Source: Balanoglossus misakiensis (taxonomy: Eukaryota > Animalia > Hemichordata). Taken from it: a DNA stretch of 64,000 nucleotides. Within the stretch, counting starts at the first letter, position 1; every line of letters starts with the position of its first letter. Below are positions 53,544-64,000 of the stretch, piece by piece. The stretch covers positions 18,388,303 to 18,452,302 of the forward strand of contig CM082577.2 of the NCBI GenBank assembly GCA_040954595.2. Reading direction: 5' to 3'. Made by a program: the position numbers and the translations under genes. The notes below the pieces were generated by a model. It saw nothing but the letters and a program-made list of their open reading frames with translations. It did not search any database and was not told the DNA's origin.

Positions 53544-55008
53544 CTAATGGTTATGTTTAACGTACATTCTTATCTTTTTAACTAGTTTTCCTACACGGGT
53601 TTTCTGTTTACTAGAAAGAACACCAGCTTTCAGTACGTGAGAAAGAGACTTCATTAACAGCATTAAATCTGAACAATATTCTTGTGATTGCTCAATAGGT
53701 TTTTTAGAATACTTAATATCTTCTATGAAATCAAGTAAGGATTTCTGTGACAAACAAACAGACGATTTATCCGACAATTTCACTCATGGTTGACAAATCA
53801 GATAACGAAGAACTGCGTGAAACAGTATCATCGTCGTCCATGGTCTCACTATCATTTGATAAAACACCAAAAGCATTATGAACTGGAATACCTGAAGGAG
53901 GGGGAAAAGAAGATGGCTGAGAACAAACCAGGCTTTCTTGGCTGCTGCCTGTTTCATGTAATACAATAGCTGCTGCGTTAGAACAACATGGGGACTCCTC
54001 AGGAATGGAATGTATTTCGGAGGAGGGAACACTGTCAACAGAGGAAACATTCTGAACATCATGAGTTGAAAGAGGGGGTCGTACCCTCTCTTCATCAGAA
54101 ACACCAATAATGTCACTCACATTAGACTGTTCATTGTCTTCACACGTTAATGGAGACTGTTCTTGATTTTCTTCCATTTCACACCGTTTCTTCTCTGAAT
54201 GCGACTCTGTCAAGTCGTCAGCAGGGCTCGGCGATCTGTCATGCTTGTTCATCCGTGGTGATGATGTCTCACCCTGTATTTGTTCAGAATCCATTTCATC
54301 TGGCGTATCATGATCGATGACACTGAAAGACTGTAATTCCGTATTTGTAGCATCAGGTTGGCTGGGTTGTGTATTTCCTTCAACATATTGACTGGAATGT
54401 ACCGGTAAAGAATCGCTGGTGTTTTCAATTGATGTGGTATTTTTCTCAGTATTTTGTTCCTGTTGGTGATCCGTATGTGTATTTACGTCCTCAGTGTTAA
54501 GTCCTGTGGTCTCCTTTTCGCTGGCAAGAACAGGGCAGTCTTTCCGGAAATGTCCGACCTCTTTACAGTGGAAGCACTTAGCGTTCTCCGTTGACACGTA
54601 CACAGGGTAAAAATGTCCGTCACAAAGAATATTCAAAACACCATCAATATCGGTTTGTTGTTTAAGCACCACAAACACCTGGCGTCGGAATGACTTGACA
54701 TGTCTGAGTTCGGCCTTTTTGCAACCCAGCGGAATATACCGGAAACTCTGCGTAATGACCTTTCCATATAACTCCAAACGTTCAGCAAGCAAATCGTTTG
54801 GTATAAATGGTGGCACATTCGAAAGGATTACCTTTGTCGCTGGTTTCACCATCGGTTGGGGCTGTATAAAATCTTCGCCAATCGATAGTCCTGAGGCGCA
54901 AACCATTTCAACCGATTGCATATTTTTCAAAAACACGACCACAGACCTATTCATTCTGGAGGCAGCCAGAATTTCACTAACCTCAACCAATTCCGCAATC
55001 TTCTCCAC
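53544..55008 (-). pseudogene. Tx1 ORF1 (zinc-knuckle protein), frameshift near 53770, 5' start disrupted
   Basis: AASRMNRSVVVFL, LSNVPPFI, HVKSFRRQVF, CFHCKEVGHFRKDCP. Confidence 0.92.
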
Positions 55009-56185
55009 ATCACATCAATAGGGTAAAGTCGTTGACGTTGTAGTATTTTATTATTTTTTTTTTTTTTTTTTTCTACAGATTTTAATGTGTGTGTTATTGT
55101 TTTTTACTTCTCTTGCTGTTTTTTTTATGGGCTACGAGCCTGAAATAAAGATTATTATTATTATAGGTGTTCACACTTATCCCCTCCAGACTCTCAATCT
55201 TCAACGCGTTTTTCATAGACAGCCTTGTCAGGGTAACGTCGTTGCCGTACTGAGCCCAAGCCCGTCCGGCCGCCATATTGGCAGGTCTGATTGGTGACAA
55301 GCACCAAATCAGTTATCTGCCGCAATCACAGCAATCCTCGTCGAAAAGGTCCCAAAAAGCACACACGGAGAAACAGTAGACAATCACAGTCCAGAAAATG
55401 TCAAACTTTCCTGGAACACCGTCCACAGTGGAGAAAAAAATACCACAATTCAGGAGCTCTCCTTCTTACAGTCAACCAATATGGAAGAAGAAGAAGAAGA
55501 GGAAGAATAAAGAAGAAATATTCCAACAATAACAATGGGGGCACAAGCCGCCTGAGGGCGCTTGTGCCCCCAAATATGCCTGCAGAGCCTGTGGAGTGAG
55601 GATGTGCCCTGATCCCTGCTTCTACCGATACCACTACATGAGAGACTACCAGTTTCATGATGAACAACTACAGGGACGAGAACCTGCACGAAAAAGAAGA
55701 AGTCTGAAGAATTAAAGACTGAAACTGCAAAGATAAATGTCATCAGAGAAAGTGACTTGTGTTTGTATTGGAGGACAAAAGGACAGTTTAGTTGAATTGA
55801 TACTTTTATGCAAATGAGTTAATGTTGCAAATTGCAACATTTTGTTACATTGTTGTTAAAACAAAAGACAATTTATTGGTGATTAAGAATATATATCACT
55901 TTGGTGGACAGTCTTCGTTTAATAAAAAGATATCTGCCATATTATGAAATGTTGTCATATTCTAGTTTTTATTCAGGCCACAAAGGTATACAGATTGCCT
56001 ACATTACATAGGAAGGAAAGAAAGGGTTAACTGAGATAAACCACTTCTAAAAATGTGTTTACATGACAACGGCGAGGGTTGCGAACGCCATGTTTGCAGC
56101 GCCCGCGTGTTCAAAAGCGAGGCTCCGGTGATGATAAAATATGCAAATTCACTACCCAGTTTCTCGACTGCCCATGTGTTGTTTT

Positions 56186-57650
56186 AATTAGGGCACAAGC
56201 CAAGCAGGCTTGTGCCCTATTGGTATTACTGGGTTTTTAGGGCACAAGCCAAGCAGGCTTGTGCCCTATTGGTATTACTGGGTTTTTTTAGGGCACAAGC
56301 CAAGCAGGCTTGTGCCCTATTGGTATTACTTTTTTTTTTTTCTTGTGTAGTTTTTTTGCTCAGGTAGATCTTGAAAACGGCTGAACCTACAAATCTCAAA
56401 CTTGGCACAATGGTGCAGGTCTATGAGAGCTGGTGCAGTATCCCTGTGAATGTTTAATTAGTCATGTGACCTGATGACCATATATGGGCAAAGTTTTCAA
56501 ATGGGCCTAATTTGCATATGAATGGAGATATCAAAATTCTTTTAGCGATTTTTGCAGACCATGTGGTCAGTGTCCTACATGCCAAATGTCAAGGCCGTGG
56601 GCCAAGTCTATTTTGAGAAGAAGATTTTTTTATTTTTCATATTTTTGAACCCAGCCATGGGCCTATACTTTCTATAGTTAAGCTATGACGCTATGTCCAC
56701 GTCGGCTGTGCAATGGTCCTGTACAGTGACTCTCTATTGGCCCGTGAGCAGAATGGGACCACAATAAAAGGCAACATTTTGGGCTCACCTGTAACACCTA
56801 CTTAACTCATTAATTATGTGCATACCTAATTCCAGGCTAACTAATAAGGCTAGAGGTTTTGTTCTTGTGGGACATGGATCAGTATGGCATCAAAAATTTT
56901 TGCCCAAATTTTGGGTGACCTCAGGTGACCTTTGACCTACTTTCCTATATCTCGGCATCCACAGCAGGTACTGACTTGGCGTTTGGAGGGTTGTGACTAA
57001 AATTGAAAAGACAAAATTAGGGGTCACCTGTGACACCTGCTTATCTCATTAATTATGTGCATACCTAATTCCAGGCTAGCCAATAGGGCTAGAGGTTTGA
57101 TTTTTGTTGAACATGGACCAGTATGGGGTTAAAATTTCTTGCCCAATTTTGGGTGACCTCAGGTGACCTTTGACCTACTTTACCATATCTCGGCAACCAG
57201 CGCAGATACAGCCTTGGCATTTGGAGGCATGGAACTCCTAATGAAGCCTTATACTTTACCTCATTAATTATGTGCATATCTAATTCTAGGCGAACCAATA
57301 GGGTTAGAGGCCTGATTTTTGTTGGACCTGGACTGGTATGGGGTCAAAATTTTTTGTTAAACTTTCGGATGGCCTCAGGTGACCTTTGACCTACTTTCCT
57401 ATATCTCGGCATCCAGAACAGGTACAGCATTTGTGTTTGGATGGATCGAACTATTGATAGAGTCTTACACTTTACATCATTAATTATGCGCATATCTAAT
57501 TTCAGACAAACCAATAGGGCTAGAGGTCTGGTTTCTGTTGGACCTGGACTAGTATGGGAGTCAAAACTTTTTGCCCAATTTTTGGGTGACCACATATGAC
57601 CTTTGACCTTCGGCTTAAGCTTGTGCCCGTCATCGCTGCTTGCAGCTATA
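56186..57650 (-). mobile_element. Helentron/DINE-like non-autonomous element with triplicated 3' hairpin
   Basis: AGGGCACAAGCCAAGCAGGCTTGTGCCCT x3 (56189-56320); 5' end GCTTGTGCCC..CGCTGCTTGCAGCT at ~57620-57648; internal diverged repeats related to 47186-48000. Confidence 0.68.
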
Positions 57651-57665
57651 TTCATCTTTTTTTTT

Positions 57666-59712
57666 TTAGGGGACCAAGCGCCCTCAGGCGCTTGGTCCCC
57701 TTCTGTTATTGCTGGAGTTTTTCTTCTTTCTTCTTGAGTCGTTTTTTTGCGCCCGTTTTTCTCTGAAATTCCGGCAGCTGCGCCTACCAAATTTTGCACG
57801 GTGGTTGGGGCCCATGAGTACTAGTGCACCTGCCCTTTGAATTTGTAATTAGTCACGTGACTTTGTGTCTGTAATCGAGCGAAATTTTCAAATTGACCTA
57901 ATGTGCACGTTAATGGGGGCATGTACATTCTTTTCGCGATTTTTGTAGACTATGTGGCCAAAATCGCCTGTGCCAAATTTCAAGGTCCTAGGCCAAGTCG
58001 ATTTTGAGAAGAAGATTTTTGTAATATTTTTCGCATTTTTTGGTGGGCTGAGGACGAACACTTGGGTATCGGACTTTCACTGTCATTACGTAATCCTGCG
58101 GAGGTCTCATTAGCAGGGTACACACTTCGTTGGAAAATCGGCTGAAATATGTAAACAGACCAGTGATTATTTTCCACGGAATGAATTTTGGGACAACACA
58201 TTATCAGAGTTCAGTCTGTGTTAGGGCGTTTTATTGAAGTACGCTGAGTTTGTTAGCTGTTGCCGTTCAAATGTTTCTATCCAGACCCGGCTACACTGGT
58301 TAACATTGCGGCAGTGGACTTTGACCCTCAGTCGCTAATGGGCGAGTCAGGTTTCATTAGCATGGTAGTCACATGTAGTGGGTATTAGTTCGGGAAATCG
58401 GCCGAATACGTAAGCAGACCAGTGATTTTCTTGCACGAAGGGAGTATGGTACCAGCAATAATCAGAGATCAGGCTTCGTTGCCGTTCAAAAGTTCCTACT
58501 TCAGTCAAGACATTGCAACTGGATGTTCGGTATGGGGGTCGGCTCGCAGGTGGCCGTGGGGGTTATCAGGTCGCCCGTAATGGCACGTAGGTTCATGCAG
58601 CTGTATGGGACCAAAATAATACGCCCGTTTCGGGGGTCACCTGCGTAACTCAATTATGTGCATGCGTAATTGTGGGGTCAATGAAAGGGATGCTAGCGTG
58701 ATTTTTGTTGCACATGGATCAATATGAAGTCCGATTTTCCTGTCAAGTTGTGGGCGACCTTATGTGACATTTCACCTGCTTTTGCTTAGTGAATAAAAGC
58801 AGATGCATGCAGGTTTGGAGTGGGGGGATATACGGATAGGACCATAATGGTATACCAAAGGCGGGGTCACCTGTTGCACCTGCCAAAGTCATTGATTTTG
58901 TACATTTAATTTTACACTAACCAACGGGGCGATATGTGTGGTTTTTGTTCCACAGGGACGAATGTGTGTCAGTTGATTTTTGCCCAAACGTATAAGGTGA
59001 TTTGGATGACCTCTGTCGTACAGTGCCACATCTCAGCACGTTGTACAGGTGCAGCTTTGGTATTTGGAGGGATGAAATTATCATGAAATGCCAAATACAA
59101 GGGGATACCTGTGACACCTGCTTGATTCATGTATTACATGTATACCTAATGGTAGGCAAAGTGGAAGGGCTGCAGATGCATGATTTGTTGCACATGACAT
59201 AAACAGGAATGACAATTTATTGTCAAATTTTTGGGTGACGTCAGGTGTCCATTGACCTGCTTTCCATATGTTAGCATGCACATCATATATAGCCAGGTGT
59301 TTGGAGGGGTAGGGTAGGACCCTCTGTGTCATGAAATGCTAAATTCCTGGGGCCACCTGTAACTTACTTGCGTAACTCATTATTATGGCCATATCTAATT
59401 TGACAAACCCAAAGGGCGGGGATTTTCCGTTGTCTTGAATATGAACCAAAAGAGAATCCTAATTTTTGTCCCAATTTTGGGTACCTCAGCTGACCTTTGA
59501 TGTACTTACTGAAGTACTTACAACGTAGAAGTTCACCTTTGGTTGTTGTGTTTGTACTTGTAGGACATGCATTTCGGGTGGTTGCCTACTTCCCAATATC
59601 TCAACATCGAGAGCAAATACAGCCTACGCATTTGAATTGTACAACACTGAATGGAGTCTAATGGTTATTCACACTATGCTTGGGCCCCTTCAACGCTGCT
59701 TGCAGCTTTAAT
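57666..59712 (-). mobile_element. Second, diverged Helentron/DINE-like element
   Basis: Hairpin GGGGACCAAGCG..CGCTTGGTCCCC at ~57669; 5' end CGCTGCTTGCAGCTTTAA at ~59693-59711. Confidence 0.62.
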
Positions 59713-61006
59713 TTTTTTTTTTTTTTTCTTGTGTAGTTTTTTTGCTCAGGTATATCTTGAAAACGGCTGAACCTACAAATCTCAAACTTGGCACAGTGGT
59801 GCAGGCCTATGGGAGCTGGTGCAGTACCTTTGTGAATGTTTAATAAGTCTTGTGACCTGATGACCATATATGGGCAAAGTTTTTAAATGGGCCTAATTTG
59901 CATATTAATGGAGATATCAAAATTCTTTTAGCGATTTTTGCAGACCATGTGGTCAGTGTCCTACATGCCAAATTTCAAGGCCCTGGGCCAAGTCAATTTT
60001 GAGAAGAAGATTTTTAAATATTATATTTCATATTTTTTGTACCCAGCCTATATTGCCTTAGTTAAGATGTGATGCTATTCCCACATCTGTGCAATGGTCC
60101 TGTACAGTGACAGTCTATTGGCAGTGAGCAGAATGGGACCAAAATAAAAGGCAGAATTTTGGGCTCACCTGTAACACCTGCTTAACTCATTAATTATGTG
60201 CATACCTAATTCTGGGCTAACTAATAGGGCTAGAGATGTCGTGCTTGTGGGACATGGACCATTATAGGGACAAAATTTCTTGCCCAAATTTTGCATGACC
60301 TCTGGTGACCTTTGACCTACTTTCCTATATCTCGTCATCCAGAGCAGGTACAGACTTTGAGTTTGGACGGTTGGGACTAAAATTGAAAAGCTGAAATTGG
60401 GGGTCACCTGTGACAGCTGCTTATCTCATTAATTATGTGCATACCTAATTCCGGGCTAACTAATAGGACTAGAGGTTTCGTTCTTGTGGGACATGGACCA
60501 GTATAGGGTCAAAATGTCTTGCCCAAATTTTGGGTGACCTCAGGTGACCTTTGACCCACTTTCCTATATCTCGGCATCAAGAGCAGGTACAGACTTGGCG
60601 TTTGGAGGGTTGTGACAAAAATTGAAAAGCCAAAATTGGGGACCACCTGTGACACCTGCTGATTGTATTAATTATGTGCATACCTAATTCCAGGCTATTC
60701 AATAGGGGTAGAGGTTGGATTTTTTTTTGAACATGGACCAGTATGGGGTTAAAATTTCTTGCCCAATTTTGGGTGGCCTCAGATGACCGTTGACCTACTT
60801 TCCTATATCTCGGCATCCAGAACAGGTACAGCATATGTATTTGGAGGGATGGAACTGTTAATGGAGTCTGACACTTTACCTCATTAACTATGCAAATACT
60901 TAATGTAAAGCGAACAAATAGGGGTAGAGATCTGGTATTTGTTGGACTTGGACTAGTATGGGCGCAAAACTTTTTGCACAAATTTCGGGTGACGCACATG
61001 ACCTTT
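59713..61006 (-). mobile_element. Third, truncated Helentron/DINE-like copy, closely similar to 56330-57605
   Basis: Colinear with the first copy from the poly-T/CTTGTGTAG block onward. Confidence 0.65.
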
Positions 61007-62045
61007 TAGGTTTTAGGTTGATGAAGGTCTGTGGTTGCACAGATTACAAGTGGCAGGTAGGTTTTACCAACAGCGATTGACACACACATGCACTTTGAAT
61101 ATGTCACTGTACTTGTTGCTGTGCATGTTCTTTTGTCGCACAAGACACACATATCACCTGTGTTCTACAGTACACATTTGTAGGTATAACTTCTGTTATG
61201 AGAGGCACATTTTTTGCCCTTCATTCGTTACAGCTGTGGTTTCCTTTTGTCTTGGTTAAAATGTGCTCTAGTGCTCTTATATTACTGGTACACATTTTCA
61301 AACAAACTATTCAAAGTTTTGTTTTACTGCACCTCAGTAGACATGTTGGTTGGTAATGAAATAAACATACATTTATTGTTCAATCACATTGAGGACATTG
61401 TTAAATTACTGTGAACTTCACAATCTCGTTAAGTACATAGTGTTCATGTTCATTTTGAAGTGGTAATATTAATATAAATCAAGAATGATACCAACGAGAA
61501 GAAATAAGTCACCTGATTCACAACATTGCAATATGCTATTCTTCACAATGAAGAATGTGTGTCTGAAATTTCAATAAGTTTGCATACTTATTGTGCGAAT
61601 CCGCAAATTCATGAAATGTCAAAATAAACATGTAATTAACATGGCAATGGACAATACATAATGGAAAACATGTGTCTGTTACACTAAAAGATACTGGGAT
61701 ATGTCCAATTGACAATGTGATTTCTTGCAACAACAAAATAATGTAGCTGGTTGCAGGACATGCAGAGTTCAGGAAAACTTGGAAAACAGTGCCTTACAGT
61801 TGAGTTGACTGTCAAATCAATAAATATAGGGTGTACTGTGCAAATCTTTTTCCAGTGACTCAACAAGTTCATTCAGTTGCATAATTGAATGAGAACAATA
61901 TCAACCAAGTTTTCTAAAACTTGCACCAATAACTGTGCCTGCATAATAGTAATTACACAAATAAATTAAATATGGGACTGTAAGAGAATATATTGTCTTA
62001 CAATGTAAGAGCTGTAACTGCATAAACATTACGTCAAATTTACTT

Positions 62046-63371
62046 TAGTAATTACCGGGTTTTACTGATAGTTTGCCCGTCCAAAAAATCACTCATTGGC
62101 AATGAGTTGGTTGATGGCAACTGCTTTGGATATCTAAATTGAATTTCGGGCTGTGACATGTGAATTTCAACATGTACGATTCATCGTCCATTTTTAAAAA
62201 TGAAAGGAATGGAGGAGGCGAAATGTTGCAGCGAACTTTCGGTAGGTATTACAAACAGCAATGCGAAACTGATGTCCACCCAATTGATACATTGCCTATT
62301 CAAGTGCTGGAAATAACCCTAGCGTCATTGTTAGTGTGTGATTGACGTGGGCGACGTCCAGCGATCGATGATTACTACGCTTCTTTGACATCGACAAACA
62401 CAGCGTTGTCAAGTTCGGAGATCGTATGTAGCGCAGAAACCATTCTCTTTCCCTGGGTGAACTGGCGAAGGTGTCGAATCATGTCCATATTGTGTTAGAA
62501 GGTCAGTTGACGTAGCTCTGCATTGGGCTGCCCACCGGTTAACCTCAACAGCACTGTCCACCTTGGCGTAACAGGTGAATTCCTCTGGCGTAATGGCATC
62601 TCGCATTGAATTCATCGCTGACCACAGAGTCCGAATCCAAGAAGTCGGCTTTGCGAAAGCAACTAACAACTGTCTGAAGGTTGACATGGTCCCACAACTC
62701 CTTCGCCGTGTACACGGCATCCAAGATGGTGAACGCCTTCACGATATGGACAGGTTGCGATCGGCATTGGCGTATATGGTAGCTGTGGGCAACACAGCCC
62801 TGCCACGCAGAGTTACGTGCAGGCACAGCGAGGGCAATGACGATGCGCGTGTTTTAGGCGGCTGCGGTAATGTCTTTTCCAGTTTTTGATCACGCCCATG
62901 TTCAGAGGGTGAATGAAACTTGTTGTTTTCGTAGCCTCCATGTTCGTCAAAGCAATGTACAATTGACAGGTTGCGATCGGCATTGGCGTATACGGTAGCT
63001 GTGGGCAACACAGCCCTGCCATGCAGAGTTACGTGCAGGCACAGCGAGGGCAATGACGATGCGCGTGTTTTAGGCGGCTGCGGTAATGTCTTTTCCAGTT
63101 GTTGATCTCCCTCATGTTCAGAGGGTGAATGACACTTGTTGTTTTCGTAGCCTCCATGTTCGTCAAACCAATGTTCAATAAATAGAAGAACAGCTGTCGA
63201 CAGGCAATCACATACGGCGACGCTTGCATCGAAGTAGGTTTATTGAAATGGTCTATGTAGCCAAATTAACACCTGGGCGACTAATTGGTTCCAGGTCTGC
63301 ACCTGTCCATTTCCTCATTTTCCAATTTTAATTGCCCTTGGCGCACTTTCAGTAAAACCCGGTAATAACTG
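62046..63371 (-). mobile_element. pogo/Tigger-family (Tc1/mariner) element, internally deleted, with a ~217-bp internal tandem duplication
   Basis: TIR (C/T)AGT(T/A)ATTACCGGGTTTTACTGA with TA at the right end; TTS.IHPLNMGVIKNWKRHYR and TILDAVY..W..V..CFRKA motifs. Confidence 0.82.
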
Positions 63372-64000
63372 TAAGATTAATGACAAGCTGGCAGTAAATA
63401 TAAAATTTCCAATACCTTTTGGAAGACAATATTTTCTCATTGAGTATAACTTAAAAGCACATTTCACATTGCCATAGCAAACAACAGCGGTAATTCACAA
63501 AAACTCGCACATATTCATGGGGAAAAAATACTTTGGCCCATGGAAACATACAAACATTATGTTTCTACAGACATTGCCAGAAAAATTACAAAAAATACAG
63601 TACATGTATATATACAGTTCAACACATATTAATATCCCATGAATATGTTGGCCTTATGTATAAATACGTTTCAATTCATTAAACAGTTAAGTAGTAAACC
63701 TCACGCATACCAATGTCAATTATTGATAAGTGTGTGTAGGCAACATGAAGAAATTGACATGACTCTCTTAAAGGGGAAAGTTACTGATGCATATGACGTG
63801 ATTGAAATCAATATGTTTTACAGAAGAGAATAAGAAACTTTACAGAACACACAATAAAAATATACACAATTACGACAATGTCAGTAATATATTAAGCTGT
63901 ATTTAAAGGAAATAAGTCACTGTTTGATGTATTATGCACACAAATACATAAATATTTAGCATAACATACTCAGTAATTTGTAGTCTGTACAGGACTTTGT

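Larger units (their letters stand above)
48730..55482 (-). mobile_element. Near full-length Tx1-clade non-LTR retrotransposon inserted in a (TTC)n microsatellite (Koshi-like)
   Basis: ORF1 and ORF2 present; 18-bp direct repeat GGAAGAAGAAGAAGAAGA at 48712-48729 and 55483-55500; AATAAA on the - strand at ~48732-48737. Confidence 0.9.
47186..55571 (+). mobile_element. Non-autonomous Helentron/DINE-like element with internal ~169-bp tandem repeats (47490-48000), split by a Tx1 LINE
   Basis: 5' TAAAGCTGCAAGCAGCG..GGGGCACAAGC; 3' hairpin GGGGCACAAGC..GCTTGTGCCCC; A/T-rich insertion site. Confidence 0.68.
44083..55715 (+). pseudogene. piggyBac (PGBD4-like) transposase in three pieces: 44083-44583, 46082-47185, 55572-55715
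   Basis: FFLGLTIAMG..DYW; YLHFVDN; IDESMIKFKGR; NNYYTS (catalytic D replaced by N); YMGGVDLADQ; C-terminal TCKVH...KYACRACGVRMCPDPCFYRYH. Confidence 0.92.
43821..56026 (+). mobile_element. piggyBac transposon with TTAA TSD, carrying nested insertions
   Basis: TTAA|CCCTTTCCTTCC at 43817 and GGAAGGAAAGAAAGGG|TTAA ending at 56030; transposase inside. Confidence 0.88.
39334..56170 (+). mobile_element. Academ-like DNA transposon, expanded to 16.8 kb by nested insertions
   Basis: 32-bp TIR CAGTCGAGAAACTGGGTAGTGAATTTGCATAT at both ends; 4-bp TSD CCCA (39330-39333 and 56171-56174); internal Cys-rich transposase relic. Confidence 0.78.

Noticed and set aside
57089-60999. ORFs of 70-150 aa in the Helentron-like repeats
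   Set aside because: Translations of diverged non-coding repeats; no Rep or helicase motifs.

Overview
This is eukaryotic (metazoan, probably marine invertebrate) DNA made almost entirely of transposable elements; no intact host gene was recognised. From left to right: the 3' half of a Gypsy LTR retrotransposon; a second retroelement relic with an HhH-bearing gag-like ORF; a 10-exon, pseudogenised RAG1/Transib-like transposase with an N-terminal RING/Zn-finger; a ~5-kb near-perfect tandem duplication of a chimeric segment (RAG1-like 3' exons, P-element 5' fragment, DIRS fragment, Kolobok-like fragment); TatD-like, LINE and P2X7-ballast/KolX-like relics; a 101-bp satellite interrupted by a complete 11.8-kb two-gene P-superfamily element (32-bp TIRs, 7-bp TSD) that itself carries an Academ-type insertion; a 16.8-kb Academ-like element holding a five-level nest (piggyBac > Helentron-like > (TTC)n-targeting Tx1 LINE > fold-back element, plus side insertions of a Ginger1-type MITE and an ISL2EU derivative); tandem Helentron-like elements; and a pogo/Tigger relic. 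Boundaries, TIRs, TSDs and splice sites were read by eye. Family names rest on recalled motifs, not on database searches.
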